From: Candidatus Saccharimonadales bacterium
Lineage (GTDB): Bacteria > Patescibacteriota > Saccharimonadia > Saccharimonadales > UBA4665
Direction: 5' to 3'
Assembly: GCA_035479475.1 (NCBI GenBank)
Contig: DATIIP010000033.1
Location: 2,449 to 66,448, forward strand
Length of the DNA: 64,000 nt
This document shows positions 38,135 through 47,755 of the stretch, one piece after another. The translations under genes and the position numbers were made by a program. Position 1 is the stretch's first letter, and every line of letters begins with the position of its first letter. Below the pieces are notes generated by a model. The model saw only the letters and a list, made by a program, of their open reading frames with translations. It ran no database searches and was not told where the DNA came from.

Positions 38135-41100
38135 CTAGCGGCGGGGGCGCAGAACACCCGCAACCACTTCACCCCTAGTGAGGCCATTCGCTTCAGCAAA
38201 CGGAGTGAGCTCATCGATCATCCCTTCGCGCACACTAATGGCACTAGCGGTGTTCATGTAATTCCAAGCTGCCTGGTTGGTAGCATCGGTCTTCAGAGCA
38301 TTGAACTGTTCGTCAAAGATCCTCAGGATGTTATCTGGAGTCCGCTCTGCAGCCGGTAGTGCGTCGATCTGGCTTTGAACCTCAGTTCTAAAGCTGCCTA
38401 CCATCCGGGTGCGGGCAGTCGTAGCCTCGGCACGCTCAGCATCCATACGAGCAGTCCGTTCAGCGGGTGTTTCTGCTACTGGTGCAGGGGCTGCTGGGGC
38501 GTCACCAGGAGCGGGAGGCGTACCGGGAGCTGGAGGGGTGGTGCCAGGGACGGGAATCGGAGCACCACCACGAACGCCAGGAACTGTAACCGAAAGCGGG
38601 TTATCGCGGCGAATGGCAGCAGCGGCACCGGCACCGTGCCTAAAGTCTGCACTCACAGCAGCATCAGCGGCAACAGTAGCCATACCGGCTAAACCGCCCA
38701 GATACGGATAGTTATCGTAGAAGAAGCTACTCTCGCTTGGGTAAGCCGTGTGGGTTACCGATTCGTGGCCAGCTGGCGTAGTGCCGTGGATGAACTGGTC
38801 AATTACATTGTTTGGCACCACAGCAACGTGGGCGTTGTTACCGGCAGCCAGCTTCATGTACAGCGTCTGTTGGGCATTGTCCATTACACCGTGGAATGTC
38901 TCGTCGATGTGAACTACATTTGAACCATCAATATGATAGACGGCCATAGTGTGACCATCTGGAACTTCCAGGCCGCTGTGACCGTTAACCTTGTCGCCAA
39001 GATACCAGGTTGAACTGGTTGGGTGAATTTGGCCATTGTGACCAACGGCTAAGCCGTGAGTGACATCAACATGAGCGCCTGCGGCGTGGGCCTTAGAGGC
39101 ACCAGCAAGAATAGTCTGTTGTGCGTGAACCTCAGTACCTTGTGGAGCATTGTTCCAACCAGTACCGTCGGCATTAGTGTGCTGCATGTGCTGAATGAGC
39201 GTGTGGTGCGGGTTGGTACCAGCCACCTGATGAGACAGATCGCCCCAGTGAGCAGCATTCGAAGTATCGACATTGCCAACACCAGGAATATTGTGCGTAC
39301 CACTCGTATCAGGAGTAACGCTAGCACCTGCATGTTCAACGTGTCCGCTAGCTAGTGAATGAAGACCACCGGCTGCAGCACCACCAAAGAAGCCACCAAG
39401 CGCACCGAAGCCAATACCACGTGCAGTACGCCTAGCGCGTTCCTCGGTGTTAGCCTGGAAAACATCACCACTATGCGTGTCCATAATTCGGGCCACTTCA
39501 GTAGTGAAGCCATCGTAATCATCACCATACCGGCCGCGAGCTTCCTCGATACGAGCCAGCTGATCTTGAATACGAGTACGGAGCACGTCAGACCCCTGAG
39601 CGTTGGCTGAGCCACGGGAAAGGTTGGCAAACCACCGACCCATTACGCCACCACCAACGGCACCAGTAGCCGCACCCTTGCCAGCACCAATAAGTGCAGC
39701 CCACAATACAGCCGTTGAGCCACCAGAGGCAGCGAAACTTACGCCTACTGCAGCGGTCATGGCACCATATAGGAGGACCTTCCCTGCGGGACGTGACAGG
39801 AAGCGGAGGAAGCGGTTGCGGCCGACTCTTTCAGCAATGCGTTGACCACGTGTCTTCTCTTCGGCCACTTCGGTCTGCTGACGCTCGCCTACCATAGTCC
39901 AAGCAGTTTGCTTGTTGAGAATCCTTTGACCACCACTACCTGGCTCAGCGGCCAGTGCAGCATCAAATGCTCGGCGGGCAAGTAGGTAATCGCGTTCTAG
40001 CTCGGCACGATTGCCTGCGCCGGCACCGCTTTCCAAGGCGTGCTTGGCACGAGCCAGGTCCACGATAGCCCGTTGGGTATCTGCAGAGAAGGTATCGAAT
40101 TCAGGCGTGCGCAGTGGAGTCGGCTCTGGTTCTGGATCACCAGTTTCAGCAGGTGCAGCGGGAGCATCGGCTGGGCGCGTTACACCCGGCACATCGGCTG
40201 GAGCGAGGGCGCTAGGATCATTACCAACCAAGCGACGAACAGCTGCAGCAGTAAGCGCAGTGCGAAGGCCGTTCATGTGACGGTCACGGACAGCGGCGAA
40301 ACGGGCCTGAGCATCAGCAAGCTGGGCTTCTAGAGCAGTGACGGCTAGGGCGTCGCCTCGACGGCGTGCTGCCTCGAGGTCGCTCTCTAGAGTAGCAATC
40401 TGCGCTTCGTGGCGAGCGTTGATTGAAGGCTCGTCACCTGCCTCGCCTTGTCCACGAGTGCGGGCCAATTCTGCACGGGCAGCCTGCTGCATAGCAGTCA
40501 GCTCTGTGCCATTGATGTTGGCGTTTGCAATAAACCGCTCCAGACGTGCTCGATCAGCATCAGACAAGTCTGCAGGATCAGCGCCGAACAGCTCTACGTT
40601 CCTTAAGGCTAGTTGCATCTTGCGGTTGACGCCGTTATTGACATCGCGCAGAGCTTCGATGGTACCACGAGTAAAGTCGATGGAGCCAGTGGCCAGCGCC
40701 CATTGGTCTGAAGTTAGACCAGGAATAACACCGGCATCTGGTACGGCTTCGTCACGTGTACGAGTACGGCGATCACCAGGTGCTACGCCAGTAACTCCTT
40801 CGGCTCGGGCGATAGCGTCTTCACGGGCTTCAATACGGCGATCTAGCAGGGTTGGGGGGCGCCCCTCTTGGGCACGCATAAAGTTGTTATAAAACCAGCG
40901 CTCTTCGGGATCTAGAGCTGCGATAGCTCGGGCAACGTCTACACCAGTGTGAGGGCCACCCCCAGCAACTCCTACGCGGGCATGTACCGGGCCGGTTGCA
41001 CGATAGTGACCGATGGCACTTTCAATCAAACCCATCCGCTCGGTTATCTGATCGGGAGTCATTGCTAGTACTCCCTGCAAGCGGCGCATGCTTTGCTCAC

Positions 41101-41308
41101 CTTCTGTACCAGGGCGAGCAGCGTCAGACAAAACATCGGCCGCTATAGGAGCAACCATGTTTTCGGCAATTGCGGTTTGTACGTTGCGATTAAGCAGGAA
41201 TTCGTTGCGGTCTCGGTTCACTGGAACACCAGCTACGCGAGCAGCCCTGTCCGCCTCGTCTTGAGCCGCGCGTGCCTGGTCCATTGCTTGTACGATTCGT
41301 TCACTCAT
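38135..41308 (-). CDS. 1057-aa orphan membrane protein: Ala/Arg/Glu-rich N-half, Gly-zipper TM segments, His-rich domain, Pro-rich linker, helical C-terminus
   Basis: Long ORF with no strong competing frame. TM candidates 'VLLYGAMTAAVGVSFAA', 'AVLWAALIGAGKGAATGAVGGGVMG', 'GIGFGALGGFFGGAAAGGL'. Confidence 0.75.
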   Translation of the reverse strand: MSERIVQAMDQARAAQDEADRAARVAGVPVNRDRNEFLLNRNVQTAIAENMVAPIAADVLSDAARPGTEGEQSMRRLQGVLAMTPDQITERMGLIESAIGHYRATGPVHARVGVAGGGPHTGVDVARAIAALDPEERWFYNNFMRAQEGRPPTLLDRRIEAREDAIARAEGVTGVAPGDRRTRTRDEAVPDAGVIPGLTSDQWALATGSIDFTRGTIEALRDVNNGVNRKMQLALRNVELFGADPADLSDADRARLERFIANANINGTELTAMQQAARAELARTRGQGEAGDEPSINARHEAQIATLESDLEAARRRGDALAVTALEAQLADAQARFAAVRDRHMNGLRTALTAAAVRRLVGNDPSALAPADVPGVTRPADAPAAPAETGDPEPEPTPLRTPEFDTFSADTQRAIVDLARAKHALESGAGAGNRAELERDYLLARRAFDAALAAEPGSGGQRILNKQTAWTMVGERQQTEVAEEKTRGQRIAERVGRNRFLRFLSRPAGKVLLYGAMTAAVGVSFAASGGSTAVLWAALIGAGKGAATGAVGGGVMGRWFANLSRGSANAQGSDVLRTRIQDQLARIEEARGRYGDDYDGFTTEVARIMDTHSGDVFQANTEERARRTARGIGFGALGGFFGGAAAGGLHSLASGHVEHAGASVTPDTSGTHNIPGVGNVDTSNAAHWGDLSHQVAGTNPHHTLIQHMQHTNADGTGWNNAPQGTEVHAQQTILAGASKAHAAGAHVDVTHGLAVGHNGQIHPTSSTWYLGDKVNGHSGLEVPDGHTMAVYHIDGSNVVHIDETFHGVMDNAQQTLYMKLAAGNNAHVAVVPNNVIDQFIHGTTPAGHESVTHTAYPSESSFFYDNYPYLGGLAGMATVAADAAVSADFRHGAGAAAAIRRDNPLSVTVPGVRGGAPIPVPGTTPPAPGTPPAPGDAPAAPAPVAETPAERTARMDAERAEATTARTRMVGSFRTEVQSQIDALPAAERTPDNILRIFDEQFNALKTDATNQAAWNYMNTASAISVREGMIDELTPFAEANGLTRGEVVAGVLRPRR

Positions 41309-41448
41309 GATTGATTACTACCTATATCTTTCCTTGGATAAGTTTTAATTTTTTTGTTTGATCGTGCATATAGTAGCAAAAAAGCAGTGTTTTGTCAATT
41401 ACTTTTATGCTTTATGGCGGTTATGTCAAATAAATGTACCATAGGGTT

Positions 41449-41457
41449 TGATACAAT
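41449..41457 (+). promoter_or_regulatory. Extended -10 box (TGaTACAAT) 8 nt upstream of the tsaD ATG
   Basis: Match to TGnTATAAT; no SD sequence before the ATG at 41466. Confidence 0.45.
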
Positions 41458-41465
41458 AGGTGTAA

Positions 41466-42527
41466 ATGATTGTTTTGGGCATTGAAAGTAGTTGTGATGA
41501 GACGGCGGCGGCCGTGGTGGAAGACGGTTATAAGCTGCACGGCAACGTAGTAGCGAGCAGTATGGATTTGCACGCGACCTATGGCGGCGTGGTGCCGGAG
41601 ATCGCGGCGCGCAGCCATATTGAGTCTATCACCCCTGTTATATCGAGCACTCTGACGCAGGCACAGATGACGTGGGACGATATTGACGCCATTGCGGTCA
41701 CCTATGGCGCAGGCCTGGGCGGCTCCTTGCTTATCGGCGTTTTGGCGGCCCGGACGCTGGCGATTACCAAGGGCAAGCCGCTGTACGCCATCAACCATGT
41801 GGAGGGGCATGTGTATGCCAACTTTTTGACGAGCACTTCCCTGCCCGGCTTTGTTTTGCCGGCTGCGCAGCCGGAGTTCCCGCTGCTGGCGTTGATTGTA
41901 TCTGGTGGACACTCGCAGTTGGTGCTGTTTCGTGACCATTTTGATTACACCCTGCTCGGGCAGACTCAGGATGATGCGATTGGCGAGGCCTTTGACAAGG
42001 TGGCTAAAATCATCGGGCTTCCCTACCCTGGCGGGCCGAGTGTCAGCAAGAAAGCGCTTGAGGGTAATGCGCAGGCGTTTACCTTTCCCAAGGCGCGTAT
42101 GACCGATAAGTACGACTTTAGCTTTAGCGGGCTCAAAACGGCTGTTTTGCGCACGGCACAAGAGATTATTGGAGAGGACTTCACTTTTTCGAGCAAAGGC
42201 CTGCCAGAGCGGCTCAGTGAGACTCAGAAAGCCGATATTGCGGCCAGCTTTCAGCGGATAGCGGTTGAAACGGTGGTGGATAAGGCTCTGACGGCGTTCG
42301 AGGAGTTTGGGCCGAAGAGTGTGGTGATTGCCGGCGGTGTGGCGGCCAACAGCGAGCTGCGGCGGCAGATGGCGGAACGCTTGCCTGCTCCGATTGCCTA
42401 CACCGATATCAAGCTCTGTACCGATAATGGCGCGATGATTGCCACGCTTGGCTGTTTTACAGCGATGCATGGCCGGCTGGCGGCTGATCCGTACGGTTTG
42501 GATATTGCACCGAACCTGTCGATGTAG
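41466..42527 (+). CDS. tsaD: tRNA N6-adenosine threonylcarbamoyltransferase
   Basis: 'ILGIESSCDETAAAVV', 'VNHVEGH', 'ALIVSGGHSQL', 'VIAGGVAAN'. Confidence 0.95.
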   Translation: MIVLGIESSCDETAAAVVEDGYKLHGNVVASSMDLHATYGGVVPEIAARSHIESITPVISSTLTQAQMTWDDIDAIAVTYGAGLGGSLLIGVLAARTLAITKGKPLYAINHVEGHVYANFLTSTSLPGFVLPAAQPEFPLLALIVSGGHSQLVLFRDHFDYTLLGQTQDDAIGEAFDKVAKIIGLPYPGGPSVSKKALEGNAQAFTFPKARMTDKYDFSFSGLKTAVLRTAQEIIGEDFTFSSKGLPERLSETQKADIAASFQRIAVETVVDKALTAFEEFGPKSVVIAGGVAANSELRRQMAERLPAPIAYTDIKLCTDNGAMIATLGCFTAMHGRLAADPYGLDIAPNLSM

Positions 42528-42724
42528 GCATGGTTCACGTGAAAGTTGTCGAGCTATAGCGCCCGCCTAACAGAGGTGGTATACTGATTGGTAATTATGC
42601 GCGTTTTAGTGGTTATTGGTTCGGTACGCAGCGCCGGAGGTGGAACAGTGAAAGATGGTGTCCCTAGGGGACTATAATTTCTCTTTACCTGCACTTTTAC
42701 TACCGTTAACTAAGGATACTGATC

Positions 42725-45370
42725 ATGCAATTACCCAAAACATATGAACCCGGGAATTACGAAGCAGATATTTACGCTCTGTGGGAGAAGAGCGGGGCAT
42801 TTACGGCCGATCCGTCGAGCAATAAAGAACGCTTTTCTATAGCCATGCCGCCACCGAATGAAACGGGCACTTTGAGCCTTGGCCATGCGCTGTTTTTGAC
42901 ACTGCAGGACATTGCGGCGCGTTACAACCGCTTGAAAGGGAAAGATGTGCTGTGGCTGCCGGGGACCGATCACGCCGCGCTGCCAGTGAATGCCATCATC
43001 GAAAAAAAGCTGGCCGACGAGGGCACTGATAAGCATGCTATCGGCCGCGACGAGTTCTTACGCCGGACGCGGGAGTTTGTGGCCGAGAGCAGGGGAACTA
43101 TGCTGGGGCAGATGCGGGCGATGGGAGCGAGCTGCGACTGGTCGCGTCTGCGTTACACGCTTGATCCGTCATTAAGCCGAACAGTGGCCGAAGTCTTTAC
43201 CAAAATGTACCACGACGGGCTGATTTACAGAGGTAGCCGGATTGTAAACTGGGATCCGAACCTGCAGACCAACATTAGCGACGACGAGGTGGAATATGAG
43301 GAAGAGACAACCAAGTTTTACACCTTTAAGTATGGCCCGTTTGAGATTGGTACGTCGCGGCCGGAGACGAAATTTGGCGATAAATATGTGGTGATGCACC
43401 CAGACGACAAACGCTACAAGAAGTACAAGCATGGTGATACCTTCACGGCGGAGTGGATCAACGGGCCGATTACGGCGACGGTGATTAAAGACAAGGTGGT
43501 TGACCCCAAATTTGGCACCGGCGTGATGACGATTACGCCATGGCACAGCATGGTGGACTTTGAGATTGCTGAGCGGCATGGTTTAGACAAAGAGCAGGTG
43601 ATTGATTTTCACGGGAAACTTTTGCCGATTGCGGGTGAGTTTGCCGGTATGGGCATCGCCGAGGCCCGAGACAAGATGGTGGAGAAGCTGAAAGCTAAGG
43701 GACTGCTGGTAAAGATCGACGACAACTACGTGCACAACCTGGCTCGGAACGAGCGCGGGAAGGGGGTGATTGAGCCACAGATCCGGTTGCAGTGGTTTAT
43801 TGACGTCAACAAGCCGGTGGTAGAGTGGCAAGGCAAGAAGCGCAGCCTAAAAGAGGTACTGCAGAGCGTGATCCGTGACGGCGATATTGAGCTGATGCCG
43901 AAGCGGTTCGAGAAGATTTACTTTCACTGGATCGACAACTTGCGCGACTGGTGCGTCAGCCGGCAGATTTGGTGGGGGCACCGGATTCCGGCGTGGTACC
44001 GGACGCACACTGATGGGACAGTAGAGACATATGTGGGCGTGCAGCCGCCAGTGGATGATGAGAGTGAAGGCTGGAACGCTTGGGAACAGGACCCGGATAC
44101 GCTCGATACGTGGTTTAGCAGCGCGCTCTGGACGTGGAGTACGCTGATTGATCCGGCGCTGGCGGAAGACTACTCGTTGAACCTCGATGACCTACTGCGG
44201 ATGAGCCCGGATTATCAGGCCTACCACCCCACCACGCTGATGGAAACCGGCTGGGACATCTTGTTCTTTTGGGTGGCGCGGATGATTCTTTCGACCACGT
44301 ATGCTACCGGGCAGATTCCGTTTAAGACCGTGTACTTGCACGGCATGGTCCGGGCAGCCGACGGCAAAAAGATGAGTAAGAGCCGGCCGGAAAGCATCAT
44401 CGACCCGGTGACAGTCTTGTCTAAATACGGGACTGACGCGCTACGCATGGCGCTGATTATGGGTGTAACGCCAGGTAACGATCAGAACTGGGCTCAGGGC
44501 AAGATTGAAGCCAACCGCAACTTCTGTAACAAGCTTTGGAACATTGCCCGTTACTGCGAGGGCGTTCTGGGCGAGGGGTACGTGCCGGGCACGGTGGCCG
44601 AGCCGCAAACCATGGCTGACCACTGGGCGCTGCGAAAGCTACAACAGGCAGCGGACAAGATTGGCAAACATCTGGATGCCTATCGATTTAGTGAAGCCTA
44701 CGAGGTGCTGTATCACTTTGTGTGGGATGACGTGGCCGACTGGTACATTGAGGCCAGTAAAAGCCAAGAGAGCAGGGAAGTGCTGGGCTATGTGCTGGAG
44801 AACGTGCTGAAGCTAGCGCATCCGTTTGCACCGTTTGTGACCGAAACGATTTGGCAGACGTTGTACGCGAACACCGATAGTTTGTTGATTGCTGCCGAGT
44901 GGCCAAAGGTGGCCAAGGCCGACGCTAAGCAAGTCAAACAGTTTGAAGAGATTCAGGCCATGGTGACAGAGGCCCGAGCACTGGTGAAAGCTCTGGGTCT
45001 CAGCAAGCCGGGGCTGTACTACACGAACGTGCCATTCCTTGGCGAGAATGGAGCGCTGCTGGCGCGTTTAGCCGGGCTCGGTGAAGTAAAAGAGGTGACA
45101 GGCGGCACAGGGCTGCAACTGACCAGCATTTCCTACACCTGCTGGTTGGAGGTGGAGAGTGATGAGATTAAAGCCTACACCGATAAGTTGGCGGCGCAAA
45201 TCGCCGACGCTGAGCGACTGGTGGCGCAGTTTAAGGGTCGGTTGGATAATAAGAATTACGTGCAGAATGCACCAAAAGCAATTGTAAACCAGACAAAAGA
45301 ACAACTGGCTGAGGTGGAGGCAGGGCTGGAACGATTGCAAGCCGAGCAGGCGCGATTTGCCGAGCACTAG
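42725..45370 (+). CDS. valS: Valine--tRNA ligase
   Basis: 'PPPNETGTLSLGHA', 'KMSKSRPE', and a C-terminal coiled coil. Confidence 0.97.
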   Translation: MQLPKTYEPGNYEADIYALWEKSGAFTADPSSNKERFSIAMPPPNETGTLSLGHALFLTLQDIAARYNRLKGKDVLWLPGTDHAALPVNAIIEKKLADEGTDKHAIGRDEFLRRTREFVAESRGTMLGQMRAMGASCDWSRLRYTLDPSLSRTVAEVFTKMYHDGLIYRGSRIVNWDPNLQTNISDDEVEYEEETTKFYTFKYGPFEIGTSRPETKFGDKYVVMHPDDKRYKKYKHGDTFTAEWINGPITATVIKDKVVDPKFGTGVMTITPWHSMVDFEIAERHGLDKEQVIDFHGKLLPIAGEFAGMGIAEARDKMVEKLKAKGLLVKIDDNYVHNLARNERGKGVIEPQIRLQWFIDVNKPVVEWQGKKRSLKEVLQSVIRDGDIELMPKRFEKIYFHWIDNLRDWCVSRQIWWGHRIPAWYRTHTDGTVETYVGVQPPVDDESEGWNAWEQDPDTLDTWFSSALWTWSTLIDPALAEDYSLNLDDLLRMSPDYQAYHPTTLMETGWDILFFWVARMILSTTYATGQIPFKTVYLHGMVRAADGKKMSKSRPESIIDPVTVLSKYGTDALRMALIMGVTPGNDQNWAQGKIEANRNFCNKLWNIARYCEGVLGEGYVPGTVAEPQTMADHWALRKLQQAADKIGKHLDAYRFSEAYEVLYHFVWDDVADWYIEASKSQESREVLGYVLENVLKLAHPFAPFVTETIWQTLYANTDSLLIAAEWPKVAKADAKQVKQFEEIQAMVTEARALVKALGLSKPGLYYTNVPFLGENGALLARLAGLGEVKEVTGGTGLQLTSISYTCWLEVESDEIKAYTDKLAAQIADAERLVAQFKGRLDNKNYVQNAPKAIVNQTKEQLAEVEAGLERLQAEQARFAEH

Positions 45371-45454
45371 TGGTATCCGGGCGCTCCAAAGAAGACAGTA
45401 TACCTGGCTACAGTGATTGCGCTAAGCGCAATAATGTGCTAATGTATAGTAACT

Positions 45455-46762
45455 ATGCCCCTCTTCCGCCGCGCTCGGCCAACACCAGCAGAACTACCAC
45501 CAATGGCGGAACCCGCAGCCGAATTGCCAGCCGGGCCGTCAGAGACAACTACTTCTCACGAATTGCCAGGAGGTGTGAGATTTGGAGTTGCCACCGGAAC
45601 CGGCCTTCGCCACATCCGCGCAGGCACCCCCACACAAGATGCTTATGGCTTCGGCCCCAACTGTGTAGTCATCGCCGACGGCGTAGGTATGTACCCCACC
45701 AGCCATTACGGCAGCAACTTAGTAGTTACGAGCTTTCCTAGCAGGCTTGCCGAGCAATTGGATGCCCCTGGCAGCGACTTGCTGCAGGCTACTCGCGGCG
45801 CCTTAGCGGCTGCCCGCCAAGATCTGCAAACCGCTAATCACAACAACCCCGCTGTCCCGTATTTCGATTCAAGAAAGCAAAGGAAAGTCTTAGGCCCCGC
45901 TTATGGTGACTCCACGCTGTCGGCAGTCTGTTTTAGGCTGGAGCCAGGTGGTGTATTCGAGTTTGCCGAAGCTCAGGTCGGTGACGGAGACATCCTGGAG
46001 ATACAAGAGGGCGGGGACCGCAAAGAACTAGCACCACATCAAGAGGTACATGGAGGCATGCTCACTAACTCCATGGCCGAGAACAACGACCAGTGGCGAG
46101 ATAGCGAATCATGGGCAGAACGCAAGCATCTTATTGAAGATGACGTAAAGTCCATATCACCCGAGCCTGTTACCTTGGCAGATGGTCGAAGGGTTAGGCG
46201 GCTGGTGCTTTCCAGCGATGGCGGTCGTAAAGGCTGGAAGCAGGCTTTACGCAGCGCAGCCTTCCATGCCAAAGGTGGCGAGGAAGCGGAATTGGCAGCT
46301 CAGTCTCAGGCACTAGAAGCCCAGCGGCAAGCCTTTCTCGAACCCGATCCCGGGGTGGCAGCCGGCAGGCTGCGTAACTGTGCAAGCTTGCAGAGGCAGT
46401 ACAGGAACGCACAAGGCCAGGAATATACGGTCGCAGAGTTTGAGGATGATGTCGTTATACTCGTACTGGACTTCCCGGTGGAGGACATGTCTGCCCCGGA
46501 GCTAGCTGAGGCCGACGTTCGCGTCGCCAATCCTACCGCTCAGGAGGGACCGAACGCGAATTTGGAATCCGCAGCCGCCACCCCAGATGCTGCACCGGCA
46601 CGGATTATTGGTAGGGCGGCTGTTGTTCCCGTTCGCCGCCCAGAAGAATTAGGTAGACAGCTACCGTCACAAACCCCGGGGGGTTATGAACGTATGTCTG
46701 ACCTTGATAGGCCTCGTGCGGTGGGGCGGGTAAGTATGGGCAGCGTGGGCCACCAGAACTAA
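45455..46762 (+). CDS. PP2C-like Ser/Thr phosphatase-fold protein with a long C-terminal tail
   Basis: 'TQDAYG', 'VVIADGVGM', 'AQVGDGDIL', 'LVLSSDGG', 'DDVVILVLD' occur in the order of the PP2C motifs. Start is uncertain. Confidence 0.55.
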   Translation: MPLFRRARPTPAELPPMAEPAAELPAGPSETTTSHELPGGVRFGVATGTGLRHIRAGTPTQDAYGFGPNCVVIADGVGMYPTSHYGSNLVVTSFPSRLAEQLDAPGSDLLQATRGALAAARQDLQTANHNNPAVPYFDSRKQRKVLGPAYGDSTLSAVCFRLEPGGVFEFAEAQVGDGDILEIQEGGDRKELAPHQEVHGGMLTNSMAENNDQWRDSESWAERKHLIEDDVKSISPEPVTLADGRRVRRLVLSSDGGRKGWKQALRSAAFHAKGGEEAELAAQSQALEAQRQAFLEPDPGVAAGRLRNCASLQRQYRNAQGQEYTVAEFEDDVVILVLDFPVEDMSAPELAEADVRVANPTAQEGPNANLESAAATPDAAPARIIGRAAVVPVRRPEELGRQLPSQTPGGYERMSDLDRPRAVGRVSMGSVGHQN

Positions 46763-46787
46763 GCTGAGGGGCCTTGAGATTTAATCT

Positions 46788-47690
46788 TTAATCGGCGGGC
46801 TGCAGAGCCGTGCTGACGGCCACGATTGATTCCTCGGGGTGGTAGGCATCGAAGCTCATAGTGTGCCATCCCAGGGCGGCAGCGCCACCTAGGTTTACCT
46901 TATCGTCATCTACTAACAGCAGCTCGCTTGGTGATACGCCAGCACGTTCGGCGGCGATTTCGTACATCCGGTTTTCGGGCTTGAGGGCGTGGACCTCTGA
47001 TGAGTCGACAATGGCGTTATAGTGCACCTGAGGCAAAATGCCGCGCTCCAGCATGGCGCTGGCTTGGCCGGGCATGGCATTGGTGAGGATCCCGATTTCG
47101 TAGTTTTCGGCCACCCATTCCACTAGCTCGTCCATGCCGGGCGTCTGTTCGATGGCTTGGAGATAGTACTTGTTCCAATCGACCATCATGTTGAGGCGCT
47201 CGGCCAACACGGTGTTGAGCTGGTCAATGCTGACATCACCGCGGCAGACGGCGTTGTTATGCTGCCAGTAGAGTGTTTCGACGGTCTCGAAGGGTACGCC
47301 GCTTTCTTCGGACAGTAGGGTAAAGGCGCGGGTGGTGGCGCCACGGACCAGGCAGCCGTTCATATCGAAGTAGACAAAACGGACGCCATTTTTGGAGACT
47401 TTCTTGCTTGGTTCTACCGGGGTGTGCGATTCGGCAGCTAGTGGCAATGGTTTGCCGGTGATGACGTCCCGTAGCAGCTCGTCGAGGCTGACGCCAAGGG
47501 TAGCTGCCAGGTGTTTGATGGTAAAAACTGACGGTGCACGAATGGCACCCCGCTCGATTTTGGCGAGCGTGGAATAACTAAGGCCGGATTTTTGACACAA
47601 CCCTTGCTGTGTTAGCCCGGCCCGCTTGCGGGCGAGCTGCAATACGCGCCCCAGGCGCATTTCCTCGGTGAGCACTCCACCCGTGTCCAT
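46788..47690 (-). CDS. XRE-family HTH domain fused to a HAD-like hydrolase domain
   Basis: 'LARKRAGLTQQGLCQKSGLSYSTLAKIERG' plus 'VYFDMNGCLV ... ILTNA ... LLVDDDKVNLGGA'. Confidence 0.75.
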   Translation of the reverse strand: MDTGGVLTEEMRLGRVLQLARKRAGLTQQGLCQKSGLSYSTLAKIERGAIRAPSVFTIKHLAATLGVSLDELLRDVITGKPLPLAAESHTPVEPSKKVSKNGVRFVYFDMNGCLVRGATTRAFTLLSEESGVPFETVETLYWQHNNAVCRGDVSIDQLNTVLAERLNMMVDWNKYYLQAIEQTPGMDELVEWVAENYEIGILTNAMPGQASAMLERGILPQVHYNAIVDSSEVHALKPENRMYEIAAERAGVSPSELLLVDDDKVNLGGAAALGWHTMSFDAYHPEESIVAVSTALQPAD

Positions 47691-47755
47691 GGCCGTATTG
47701 TACCAGCCTGAGAGCGCTTACGCTAGCATTTGTAGCCGGAAATGGTTACTTTTGG

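Noticed and set aside
37804-38400. Possible paralogy between the 89-aa protein ('IDQLPEAEQQQILQEMF') and the C-terminus of the 1057-aa protein ('IDALPAAERTPDNILRIF')
   Set aside because: The similarity is limited to a few residues and cannot be distinguished from chance without a profile comparison.
41421-42470. 349-aa ORF on the minus strand
   Set aside because: It lies entirely antisense to tsaD, which has unmistakable family motifs. Its translation is Arg/His/Gln/Leu-rich, typical of antisense frames in GC-rich genes.
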